Program-made: the position numbers and the translations under genes
The notes under the pieces: model-generated
Seen by the model: the letters and a program-made list of their open reading frames with translations, nothing else
What the model was told of the DNA's origin: nothing
The model's database searches: none
Source: Eukaryota sp. TZLM1-RC
Lineage: Eukaryota > Protista > Metamonada: BaSk clade
Assembly (NCBI GenBank): GCA_040285825.1
Contig: JAUPSS010000002.1
Span: 3,884,581-3,948,580, forward strand
Direction: 5' to 3'
DNA length: 64,000 bases
Part shown: piece by piece, positions 30,208-40,600 of the stretch
Numbering within the stretch: the first letter of the stretch is position 1
Layout of the letters: each line of letters begins with the position of its first letter

Positions 30208-31425
30208 ATACGTATTGGGTCGTCCCCGGCTCAGCGTAGGATCCTTGAGGAAGAGACTGGTCCCTCTTCCTCACCACTAACCACAGACTCTGCTTCCGTG
30301 CCTCCTTCTTCGGTTGAAGCTTCTGCGCTTCCTGAAGCAACTCTTCCCGAGGGTTCTACCCCAAAGGAAGATAGTTCCCTTCCTGAGGATTCCGTTCCCA
30401 TGGAAGGAAGTTCCTCTCCTCGGGATTCCGTTCCTGTGGAAGGAGACAACCCTCCTAAGGATTCTATTCCTTCGGAAGGAAGAAGCCCTTCATTAGTCTC
30501 CTACGACGATGAAGATGTTGAGGATTCCGTTGCTCCTCTTCCTCCTTCACATTTAAGGGCGTCTGAAGTCCCACCTTCTCCCCTCCCAGAAAGAAGTTCT
30601 GAAGTACCAACTTCACCTTCTATTCAGAACAGAGAGACTGTTCAACCTTCTCTCACGTCAAAGGAAGGATTGGAAGATCAACCCTCTTCCTCCTCCACTA
30701 AGGCCATTGAAGTACCATCTTCATCCCTTTTATCTAGTTCTGAGGTCCCACCCTCTCACTCTCAACAGCTTCTCCCTCCAGTTCCAACTGTTAGGAGAAC
30801 TATTCAAAATCCTGCTGTCCCAACTTCAGGATCTCCTCTTACTACATCAACAGTAAGAGGAGTTAACAATCTGTCTGTTTCCCCTCCCCAGGCTAGAGAT
30901 TCCACTCCTAGCACACCAAATTTTCCTTCGCATCTTTCCGAAGAGCAAAGGAAGAGGTATGAACTATTATTTTCAGATCTGGTTGACTATGAGGAACCTC
31001 CCAGGGAATTTTCTCACACAGCTCAACCTCCGGTTCCTCCCACGGAACATGTTCCTGAAATTGATAGAGAAACTGGTGAGGTTTCTAAAAAATATTTAGA
31101 ACGTTACTTCCATGAAGATCGAATCTGGAAACTCAAGAACAGATTGGAAAGAGAGTTACAGGCTAGAAGAGGAACATCCTCTACACCTGCTCAACTTACC
31201 CCTTCTCAAACTAGCTCCTACGCTAGCTCAAGTGTTCATCATGGTGCTTCCCGCCAGCACAACCCTTACGCTAGATATAGGGACACACGAGTCATTCCAG
31301 AGGACCCAGAGGCCATCCCTCCCACGGAGATGAGCAACAAGCGTCCTCCTTTCTACGGCCCCAAAGTCGAGAACGACTTAGGAATATGGATCTCTCCCAG
31401 AATTGGTCCATTTCTTTTCCGATGA
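30175..31425 (+). CDS. Extra ORF1 of the Gypsy element, Pro/Ser-rich, unknown function
   Basis: 416-aa ATG ORF starting within the 5' LTR; 12-aa DS(V/I)PxEG repeats; short charged helical patch. Confidence 0.75.
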   Translation: MSDNNQQPRPSIRIGSSPAQRRILEEETGPSSSPLTTDSASVPPSSVEASALPEATLPEGSTPKEDSSLPEDSVPMEGSSSPRDSVPVEGDNPPKDSIPSEGRSPSLVSYDDEDVEDSVAPLPPSHLRASEVPPSPLPERSSEVPTSPSIQNRETVQPSLTSKEGLEDQPSSSSTKAIEVPSSSLLSSSEVPPSHSQQLLPPVPTVRRTIQNPAVPTSGSPLTTSTVRGVNNLSVSPPQARDSTPSTPNFPSHLSEEQRKRYELLFSDLVDYEEPPREFSHTAQPPVPPTEHVPEIDRETGEVSKKYLERYFHEDRIWKLKNRLERELQARRGTSSTPAQLTPSQTSSYASSSVHHGASRQHNPYARYRDTRVIPEDPEAIPPTEMSNKRPPFYGPKVENDLGIWISPRIGPFLFR

Positions 31426-31936
31426 AAGGATCACCCCAGAAACCTCCAGGAATGACCCTGAACCAACTTATGAACCAAGACCCGGAGTTAGGTTCATGAG
31501 AACTACTCGAGAAGGAGTATTCAGACGCTTCGCTGGAGATGAAGACAACCTCTTCATAAACGTTCACAACCCTTGCCCATACCCTAGGTTCAGCCCTGGG
31601 TACAACGCATCTCTCGATATCCTTATCGACAGAGATTATAGAACAGGGTGGTGGTTTACCGAAACCACATATGGTGAAAGACTCTTTCTATATGATAGAC
31701 GTCCTGATCATATAGCGTCATATTGTGGTCCCGACCACAGAAGATCTGGCAATCTTCAAAGAGCCCTCCAGCTCGTCACCGTTTTCCCTGGATGCATAGA
31801 ATCCAGGATGTTAAAGTGGGTAATGGTAGAAGGTCGTATAGAGAAAACACGCTTGGTTCAACCAGCGATCTCTTCTTATCAGGTTCCAGCCCAGATCGAA
31901 GAGACAGTACCTTCCCCTGAACCTCAACAGGAGTGA
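31382..31936 (+). CDS. Extra ORF2 of the Gypsy element (possible +1 continuation of ORF1), unknown function
   Basis: Stop-free frame 31382-31936 overlapping ORF1 by 44 nt; aromatic-rich globular-looking sequence; first ATG only at 31496. Confidence 0.6.
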   Translation, partial: EYGSLPELVHFFSDERITPETSRNDPEPTYEPRPGVRFMRTTREGVFRRFAGDEDNLFINVHNPCPYPRFSPGYNASLDILIDRDYRTGWWFTETTYGERLFLYDRRPDHIASYCGPDHRRSGNLQRALQLVTVFPGCIESRMLKWVMVEGRIEKTRLVQPAISSYQVPAQIEETVPSPEPQQE

Positions 31937-31982
31937 AGCTCCATCTTCCTCCGCTCAACCTCCTGAATCACCACAACCTCCC

Positions 31983-34900
31983 ATGGAAACTGATTCATTT
32001 CCTGTCACGGAAACCTCTAACCCCAACCAATCTGCTATGGAACAAGCTGACGACGACGTTGTCACTGTGAGCAGTGAATCACCCACCCCCACCACATCTT
32101 CTGATGCGGTACCTGCTCCCATCACTCCCGTTAGTCGAGCTCCTCAACCCCTACCTACACCTTCCACAACAGGTTCAACATCCTCCATTTCCTCACATCA
32201 TTCACCCTTCTCGGGCACATACGAAAGTAGCCTTCTCCTCTCTTCAATGATTGGATCAAGAGATCGAGATGACAGACGTAGGGACCGTCCTAAACGTCCA
32301 TATCTTGAAGCTTCTGATTTGAGAGACGCTGATAAACTCCTAAAGTTTGTCAACAAATTCATTCTCTGGAGTCGTACCGACCGAGTCCTAAGAGAAACGA
32401 GAGGTAATGTTGAGGATCCAGCCCAGATAGCTCTAGCTAACGAAGTTGTCAGACTACGTGAAGAATTAGAACTAGCTAGAGAAGGTTCCCAACCATCGAT
32501 CGATGAGTATTTTGGTAACATCACTGGAGAACCAGTTCACGAATGGGACTTGTTCCGTCAAGCCATGAGGATCAACCCCCGAGGCCTCGCTGAATGTGTC
32601 ACCCCCGAGGTGTTAAATGCGCTACGATACCAAGGTGCTCACCTAGCTATCTCTTCTCCCACGGTTCCTACCTCAAGAGATGAACGCATCATTTGGGCTC
32701 AAATTCTAAGAAGAACCCAATTCAGCAGACTGGATGAGGCTAATCGAGCTCTCCTCGCAACCAACATGGACTGGTCGGAAAGAGATTATGGCAATAGATG
32801 GATTGACTTCATGGTCAACATCGGCAGAGTTTTGACTCGCTCCACCGCCATCCAAGAGTTTAGGGGCATCTCTCAACAATTGAGAACATTCTCCATAAGC
32901 TCCACTCCTCCAGCTGATAGAGTTCCAGACTGGGTAGTTGCTACTCATGTCTTAGAAAGCGTAGGAATTATCCCTATCAGAGACAGACTCCTCAGGATCT
33001 GGTCCTCTCCCTCCCACTACTCATGCGATGGGCACACCCTTGGCGAATTCTTTAGTGTTCTTCAAATTGAATACGAGAATTTCTGTAACGCCAGATCGTT
33101 CATGGAACAACTGAACCATGTCGATTTCACCTATCAGAACCAATTAACTCATCAGCAGGCCTCTCGCCGACCTCCCACGGTCGTTCCCTCCCCACCTGAC
33201 ATCCCCAGACCACGAGGTTCTGGTCCAGGTAAACGCCCAAAACAAAGTAAGAGAGGAGGAAGCCTACCACAATCGTCTTCCCAGGCCGCTGATGTCCAAT
33301 GCAACTTCTGTAAGAAAAAGGGCCATCCGACCGAAAGGTGCCCCAGCGAAGACTGCCAAAGGAGCAAGAAGTGGAGAGAGCAACAAGCTCAACAACAAGC
33401 TCGAGGTAGAAGTTCTAGAGGTTCTGGTTTCCGTAGTCGAAGAGGTACTCGCGGCAGAGGCAGAGGCTCTTCTTACAATAAACGTTCCCGTCACTATTTA
33501 TGTACTTTAGAAACCATACCCCCTACAACAACAACACAACTACACACAGAAAGTTCAGCATGGAAAGATTCTCTTATCAATCCACTTGCCAACTTGGAAC
33601 CTACCAAGACACTCAACAGTCAGGCTCACTTCTTCTCAGAACAAGCCGACTTAAATGGACATGATTCTGATACAATTTTTATGGTACAATCCATGAATCA
33701 CAACTGCCTACAATTAAACTTCCTGATCAACAATGTCGAAGTTAAAGGCATAATTGACTCTGGTGCAACATGCTCAGTAGTCACGGAAGACGTCATCAGT
33801 AATTGTAACATGGCACGTTCCAACGAAACCATTTCATACAAGATTGCTGATGGAACTACCTCACAGTCCCTTGGTACTGCTTCTGGAACCCTTAGCATTA
33901 GACTAGGTAGTGTTACCCAGATTGTACACGTGAAACACAAGTTCAGCATCGTTCCTGGACATGAGACCATTCTCATTGGTGCTGACTTGTTGAGTCACCT
34001 TGGGCTGATGAACAACAAGGGCATTTATATTAGAATGGACGACGCCTGTCGCACATTACTATTACCTGAAGCCGAATTCGACCATCGAATATCGCAAGCT
34101 TCAGAAGTCGTCAACGTTTCCACACGTTGGTTGGAACACATCAACTCATCTGGTTGTACCATCAACCTCGACAACAACCATTTCAAGAAGTCCCTACTTC
34201 AAACTTTGAAAGAGTTCGAAGACGTATTTACCCTCAAGCCTCATGCTGAAGGTATTGATTGCCCTCCCATGGAAATCAACTTCTACAACGAAGACGTCAG
34301 AGTTAGAAGACCCCCCAGGACCCTGAATCCAGCCAAGTTAGAGGTCGCTAACCAAATTTTCGACGAACTCGTAGACTCAGGATTTGCTGTCCCATCGAAC
34401 CATGAGTTCAGCTCCCCTGTCTGTCTAGTGGTCTACCCAGATCACCGTAAGCCCCGCCTTACCGGTGACTATAGTGGCAAGGACGGAGTCAACGCCAACA
34501 CCATTCCTGTTGAGCCCAACCTTCCAAGGATCTCCGACGTGCTGGTATTTCTCTCCCAAGCGAACTACATAGGCACCCTTGACCTCCCCAAAGCCTTCTG
34601 GCAACTCAAGATTGCTGAAAAGGATTGGCAGAAAACAGCCCTGAGCATTCCTGGCAAAAGTATCATGTTCAAACGTGCAGCTTTTGGCCTAAAGAATGTC
34701 CCAGCCGTTTTCCAAAACGTCATGGCTGACATCTTCTCTGGAGACGGTGTCTTCATTTACATAGATGACATCATAATCATAGGTTCAACCTTTGACGAAT
34801 TCATTGAACGCCTCCGTCGCGTCCTTGATCAAGCCAGATGCAAAAGAGTTTCCTTGGGACTTCCAAAGTGCCATTTCGTGTCTTCCAGACACCCAATCAA

Positions 34901-37310
34901 GATACTGGGCAGTGTTTTCCAAAACAAGCAACGGACTATCGATCCCACTCGCGTTGAATCTTTGCTGAATCTACCTAGACCAAAGACAATCAAAGACGTC
35001 CGCAGCCTCGTAGGATCAGTCAACTTCATTAGAGAATGGCTTCCTCAGGTATCTGAGCTCATCGCTCCTATCATCAGATTGACTAAGAAGGATGGAAATA
35101 ACTCCAAAGTTAAACCCAAACCCCGCGCGCAACGCCTTCAATGGACCGACATGCACGACGGACTCCTTCAAAAGATCAAACAACTGATAGCGAAACACAT
35201 GCCGCTCAGCCTACCTCCGCAGGAAAACCAAATTTTAATTAGTTGCGATGCATCCGACATTGCTGTAGGCGGCGTCATATGGGAACAAATCGAACATGTC
35301 GACGACCCCGGTACCCCCCTGATCAATAGGAAATGTAGGCCTATCAGCTTCTTCAGCCGGTTGTTAACCAACTCGCAAAAGAACTGGCCGACTAACCAAA
35401 AGGAACTCTACGCTATCCTACTCATGTTAACTCAAAGTGGTTTTGAAAACTACTTAAAAGGAAGGAAACTGGTCATATTCACAGACCATCAAAACCTTAC
35501 CTACATGTTCACGGCTCCTGAGAAGAACAGAATTGTAACAAGATGGTTACCCATATTCTCTGAATTCTGCTTTGATTTGGTACATACCAAAGGGGAAGAT
35601 AACTTCTGGGCTGATATGTTGTCTCGAATAGTTCCGCCTATAGACCATCAAGAGATCAATCATTTGTCCCATCAAATGCCTCCAAATTTTCATCCAATAT
35701 TTTACATTGATAAAATTGATGGAACAGAAAATGAAAGATACTACATCGAAGACTTAAACAACTTCGAACGTATCATGGTCATCAGAGAACGATGTTCCAA
35801 CGACCTGCCTATTTTCGAGCCATGGCTCTGTAGGATTAGGTCCGAACAGAAGCTTGCCATAGCTTCCAAAGACCCCTCTTTCAACAACTGTGTTCATAAC
35901 AATCATCTTGATTTATATATGACTCACGACAACAAGATAGTGATTCCCAAATCACTCATTAAGGACACCCTTAACTTGTTGCATGGACTTCTGCAAGGAG
36001 GTCATCCAAGCAAAGCTGAAAGCCTGAACAAGCTCAGGAACAGCGATTATTGGTGGCCAAACATGCTCACCGACATGAATAAGCACGTCCAAGAATGCCC
36101 CTCCTGTCAGAAAACAAAGCCAGTTCCCCAAACTGCATGTTCCCCAACCGGTTCATTGTGGGCTGACAGACCTTTTGCTCGCGTCAACGCCGACGTCATT
36201 GGTCCTCTTCCAGAAGATCAAGAAGGCTACAAATACATCCTCGTATTTATCGACAGCTTCTCTAGGTTCACGATCATCGTGCCTTTAAAAGAGATAAATG
36301 CCAATCTTACTGCAGATGCATTAATTTGGAAAGTCTGTGCCATCTTTGGTATTCCATTTCAAATCCACAGCGATAATGGACCCGAATTTTCCAAGGCTGT
36401 CTTTGACGAGTTAAGCAAATTTTTGGGCATAGAGGTGTCAAAGTCAATACCTAGGTTTTCTCCGTCCAACGGCTTGGTAGAGCGCCGACACAGAGACATC
36501 CTGCAAAACCTACGGAAATTGCTCGTAGACTTCAATGCCTACGATGTGTGGTCTGAATACTTGCCTTATGTGCAATTATTGATCAACTCTTCCAAGAGCT
36601 CAATAACCAACCACACTCCATACCAAGTGATCGTTGGCTCAGATGTGTCTCCCAGATCAGACCCTGGCAAAATCCTTGAAATCATTGAAAGCTCGACGTC
36701 TGAGTCATCTTTTATTCAAGAAATTCAATCTAAATTTCGAAGATTGAAAGAGAAACAGGAAAAGGCAGCACACCATCAAGCTTCCAAAGCTTCCAAGCTA
36801 ACAAGATCGTCAACTCCAAACCCTTTTGAAGTTGGTCAATTGGTATTGAGAGCATCTGGCTCTTCCGCTAAGCTTCATGGAGACTATTTAGGACCCTTCC
36901 TAATTACTGAAATCGTATCCAATTCGTCTGTGAATATTAAGAATCTCTGCACAGGTACGATTGTCCAAGCTAGCGTCAAACACTTAGCTCCCTGGCACTC
37001 CAGCTTGCCCACCAACGATGAGTTCCACTCTTGGGTCGCTGCAGGTGATGTCGAAGAACACATCATTGAAAAAGTGCTCAGTCAGGATGGTGACTTTTGC
37101 CAAGTGCAATGGCCTGGAAAAGAGATCACCACCGAACATGTGTCTACAATCCAAAATACTGCCGCGTATAAAGACTTTATCAAGACTTCAAAAGCACGTC
37201 GCCGTACTAAATCCGCTCCTCCCAAGAAGCGTCATATTTCCATTAGTTCACCTCCTGTGACTAGAGCTTCCAGGGCTCGTCGCTCGAAAGAGAGGAAAAG
37301 GCAGTGTTAG
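31983..37310 (+). CDS. Gag-Pol polyprotein (single frame)
   Basis: CCHC knuckle CNFCKKKGHPTERC; protease IIDSGAT; RT YIDD; RNase H CDASD/KELYA/TDH; integrase HHCC + D-D-E, YLGPF; chromo-like HIIEKVL..VQW; stop lies inside the 3' LTR. Confidence 0.96.
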   Translation: METDSFPVTETSNPNQSAMEQADDDVVTVSSESPTPTTSSDAVPAPITPVSRAPQPLPTPSTTGSTSSISSHHSPFSGTYESSLLLSSMIGSRDRDDRRRDRPKRPYLEASDLRDADKLLKFVNKFILWSRTDRVLRETRGNVEDPAQIALANEVVRLREELELAREGSQPSIDEYFGNITGEPVHEWDLFRQAMRINPRGLAECVTPEVLNALRYQGAHLAISSPTVPTSRDERIIWAQILRRTQFSRLDEANRALLATNMDWSERDYGNRWIDFMVNIGRVLTRSTAIQEFRGISQQLRTFSISSTPPADRVPDWVVATHVLESVGIIPIRDRLLRIWSSPSHYSCDGHTLGEFFSVLQIEYENFCNARSFMEQLNHVDFTYQNQLTHQQASRRPPTVVPSPPDIPRPRGSGPGKRPKQSKRGGSLPQSSSQAADVQCNFCKKKGHPTERCPSEDCQRSKKWREQQAQQQARGRSSRGSGFRSRRGTRGRGRGSSYNKRSRHYLCTLETIPPTTTTQLHTESSAWKDSLINPLANLEPTKTLNSQAHFFSEQADLNGHDSDTIFMVQSMNHNCLQLNFLINNVEVKGIIDSGATCSVVTEDVISNCNMARSNETISYKIADGTTSQSLGTASGTLSIRLGSVTQIVHVKHKFSIVPGHETILIGADLLSHLGLMNNKGIYIRMDDACRTLLLPEAEFDHRISQASEVVNVSTRWLEHINSSGCTINLDNNHFKKSLLQTLKEFEDVFTLKPHAEGIDCPPMEINFYNEDVRVRRPPRTLNPAKLEVANQIFDELVDSGFAVPSNHEFSSPVCLVVYPDHRKPRLTGDYSGKDGVNANTIPVEPNLPRISDVLVFLSQANYIGTLDLPKAFWQLKIAEKDWQKTALSIPGKSIMFKRAAFGLKNVPAVFQNVMADIFSGDGVFIYIDDIIIIGSTFDEFIERLRRVLDQARCKRVSLGLPKCHFVSSRHPIKILGSVFQNKQRTIDPTRVESLLNLPRPKTIKDVRSLVGSVNFIREWLPQVSELIAPIIRLTKKDGNNSKVKPKPRAQRLQWTDMHDGLLQKIKQLIAKHMPLSLPPQENQILISCDASDIAVGGVIWEQIEHVDDPGTPLINRKCRPISFFSRLLTNSQKNWPTNQKELYAILLMLTQSGFENYLKGRKLVIFTDHQNLTYMFTAPEKNRIVTRWLPIFSEFCFDLVHTKGEDNFWADMLSRIVPPIDHQEINHLSHQMPPNFHPIFYIDKIDGTENERYYIEDLNNFERIMVIRERCSNDLPIFEPWLCRIRSEQKLAIASKDPSFNNCVHNNHLDLYMTHDNKIVIPKSLIKDTLNLLHGLLQGGHPSKAESLNKLRNSDYWWPNMLTDMNKHVQECPSCQKTKPVPQTACSPTGSLWADRPFARVNADVIGPLPEDQEGYKYILVFIDSFSRFTIIVPLKEINANLTADALIWKVCAIFGIPFQIHSDNGPEFSKAVFDELSKFLGIEVSKSIPRFSPSNGLVERRHRDILQNLRKLLVDFNAYDVWSEYLPYVQLLINSSKSSITNHTPYQVIVGSDVSPRSDPGKILEIIESSTSESSFIQEIQSKFRRLKEKQEKAAHHQASKASKLTRSSTPNPFEVGQLVLRASGSSAKLHGDYLGPFLITEIVSNSSVNIKNLCTGTIVQASVKHLAPWHSSLPTNDEFHSWVAAGDVEEHIIEKVLSQDGDFCQVQWPGKEITTEHVSTIQNTAAYKDFIKTSKARRRTKSAPPKKRHISISSPPVTRASRARRSKERKRQC

Positions 37311-37458
37311 TCTTGAATAGTATTTATAGTTAATAGTTTAGTTATTAGTATTCCGCCTGTTAGCTTAAGAAGAGAGAATACAATTTCGCTTCGTAATAAA
37401 TTACACTTCTGTTACTCTACATTGTATGTCAGACAATAACCAACAGCCAAGACCATCA
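37305..37458 (+). repeat. 3' LTR
   Basis: Direct repeat of 30054-30207, preceded by PPT 37286-37304. Confidence 0.95.
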
Positions 37459-37696
37459 ATTGTAAAGTACCAGTTGCGAATGTCAACATTATTAAATACA
37501 AAACATAATTTTAATGTGAAATCACCAACTGTTTGGTACAATTTGGTTCAATAAAACACTGGTTGTAATTGATTTATTCAAAATTCGAAGAGATGTTTTG
37601 TTTTCAAAAAATTTAAGACCATAAATCACACAAATGCGACCTTTAAAGTTCAAGGAAATTTCAGTAAAGAAATAATAATCCAAACAAAAGTTAAAA

Positions 37697-40600
37697 GGAT
37701 GCAGCACCCGGTGTTCGCTGGTGGTCTCCCACCCAACTACTGACCAGGCCTGTGGCCGCTTAACTTCGGAATTCGGAATGGGATCCGGTGCTATAGACCA
37801 AGTATGGCCGCATCCAATTGTAAAGTACCAGTTGCGAATGTAAACATTATTAAATACAAAACATAATTCTAATTTGAAATCATCATCTGTTTGATATAAT
37901 TGGGTTCAATAGAACACTGGTTGTAATTGATTTATTCAAAATTCGAAGAGATGTTTTGTTTTCAAAAATTTTAAGACCATAAATCACACAAATGCGACCT
38001 TTAAAGTTCAAGGAAATTTCAGTAAAGAAATAATAATCCAAACAAAAGTTAAAAGGATGCAGCACCCAGTGTTCGCTGGTGGTCTCCCACCCAACTACTG
38101 ACCAGGCCTGTGGCCGCTTAACTTCGGAATTCGGAATGGGATCCGGTGCTATAGACCAAGTATGGCAGCATCCAATTGTAAAGTACCAGTTGCGAATGTA
38201 AACATTATTAAATACAAAACATAATTCTAATTTGAAATCATCATCTGTTTGATATAATTGGGTTCAATAGAACACTGGTTGTAATTGATTTATTCAAAAT
38301 TCGAAGAGATGTTTTGTTTTCAAAAAATGTTAAGACCATAAATCACACAAATGCGACCTTTAAAGTTCAAGGAAATTTCAGTAAAGAAATATTAATCCAA
38401 ACAAAAGTTAAAAGGATGCAGCACCCAGTGTTCGCTGGTGGTCTCCCACCCAACTACTGACCAGGCCTGTGGCCGCTTAACTTCGGAATTCGGAATGGGA
38501 TCCGGTGCTATAGACCAAGTATGACCGAATCCAATTGTAAAGTACCAGTTGCGAATGTAAACATTATTATATACAAAACATAATTCTAATTTGAAATCAT
38601 CATCTGTTTGATATAATTGGGTTCAATAGAACACTGGTTGTAATTGATTTATTCAAAATTCGAAGAGATGTTTTGTTTTCAAAAAATTTTAAGACCATAA
38701 ATCACACAAATGCGACCTTTAAAGTTCAAGGAAATTTCAGTAAAGAAATAATAATCCAAACAAAAGTTAAAATGATGCAGCACCCAGTGTTCACTGGTGG
38801 TCTCCCACCCAACTACTGACCAGGCCTGTGGCCGCTTAACTTCGGAATTCGGAATGGGATCCGGTGCTATAGACCAAGTATGGCCGCATCCAATTGTAAA
38901 GTACCAGTTGCGAATGTAAACATTATTAAATACAAAACATAATTCTAATTTGAAATCATCATCTGTTTGATATAATTGGGTTCAATAGAACACTGGTTGT
39001 AATTGATTTATTCAAAATTCGAAGAGATGTTTTGTTTTCAAAAAAATTTAAGACCATAAATCACACAAATGCGACCTTTAAAGTTCAAGGAAATTTCAGT
39101 AAAGAAATAATAATCCAAACAAAAGTTAAAAAGGATGCAGCACCCAGTGTTCGCTGGTGGTCTCCCACCCAACTACTGACCAGGCCTGTGGCCGCTTAAC
39201 TTCGGAATTCAGAATGGGATCCGGTGCTATAGACCAAGTATGGCCGCATCCAATTGTAAAGTACCAGTTGCGAATGTAAACATTATTATATACAAAACAT
39301 AATTCTAATTTGAAATCATCATCTGTTTGATATAATTGGGTTCAATAGAACACTGGTTGTAATTGATTTATTCAAAATTCGAAGAGATGTTTTTGTTTTC
39401 AAAAATTTTAAGACCATAAATCACACAAATGCGACCTTTAAAGTTCAAGGAAATTTCAGTAAAGAAATAATAATCCAAACAAATGTTAAAAGGATGCAGC
39501 ACCCAGTGTTCGCTGGTGGTCTCCCACCCAACTACTGACCAGGCCTGTGGCCGCTTAACTTCGGAATTCGGAATGGGATCCGGTGCTATAGACCAAGTAT
39601 GGCCGCATCCAATTGTAAAGTACCAGTTGCGAATGTAAACATTATTAAATACAAAACATAATTCTAATTTGAAATCATCATCTGTTTGATATAATTGGGT
39701 TCAATAGAACACTGGTTGTAATTGATTTATTCAAAATTCGAAGAGATGTTTTGTTTTCAAAAATTTTAAGACCATAAATCACACAAATGCGACCTTTAAA
39801 GTTCAAGGAAATTTCAGTAAAGAAATAATAATCCAAACAAAAGTTAAAAGGATGCAGCACCCAGTGTTCGCTGGTGGTCTCACCCAACTACTGACCAGGC
39901 CTGTGGCCGCTTAACTTCGGAATTCGGAATGGGATCCGGTGCTATAGACCAAGTATGGCCGCATCCAATTGTGAAGTACCAGTTGCGAATGTAAACATTA
40001 TTAAATACAAAACATAATTCTAATTTGAAATCATCATCTGTTTGATATAATTGGGTTCAATAGAACACTGGTTGTAATTGATTTATTCAAAATTCGAAGA
40101 GATGTTTTGTTTTCAAAAAATTTTAAGACCATAAATCACACAAATGCGACCTTTAAAGTTCAAGGAAATTTCAGTAAAGAAATTTTAATCCAAACAAAAG
40201 TTAAAAGGATGCAGCACCCAGTGTTCGCTGGTGGTCTCCCACCCAACTACTGACCAGGCCTGTGGCCGCTTAACTTCGGAATTCGGAATGGGATCCGGTG
40301 CTATAGACCAAGTATGGCCGCATCCAATTGTAAAGTACCAGTTGCGAATGTCAACATTATTAAATACAAAACATAATTCTAATTTGAAATCATCATCTGT
40401 TTGATATAATTGGGTTCAATAGAACACTGGTTTTAATTGATTTATTCAAAATTCGAAGAGATGTTTTGTTTTCAAAAAATTTTAAGACCATAAATCACAC
40501 AAATGCGACCTTTAAAGTTCAAGGAAATTTCAGTAAAGAAATAATAATCCAAACAAAAGTTAAAAGGATGCAGCACCAGGTGTTCGCTGGTGGTCTCCCA

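Larger units (their letters stand above)
30054..37458 (+). mobile_element. Full-length Ty3/Gypsy (chromovirus-like) LTR retrotransposon, 7405 bp
   Basis: 154-bp TG..CA LTRs differing at 1 nt; 4-bp TSD ATTG (30050-30053, 37459-37462); PPT GAAAGAGAGGAAAAGGCAG; domain order Gag-PR-RT-RH-IN. Confidence 0.97.

Noticed and set aside
30195-30210. LTR end (ccaagaccatcaat) resembling the 5S 5' region (ccaagtatggccgcatccaat), as in Cassandra-type 5S-bearing LTRs
   Set aside because: Only two short patches match; no 5S A/C boxes in the LTR
31377-31383. CTTAGGA resembling the Ty1 +1 frameshift heptamer
   Set aside because: Not in the ORF1 reading frame
11909-37260. Antisense and nested small ORFs within pol genes and host CDSs
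   Set aside because: Shadow ORFs of long coding frames with no independent motifs
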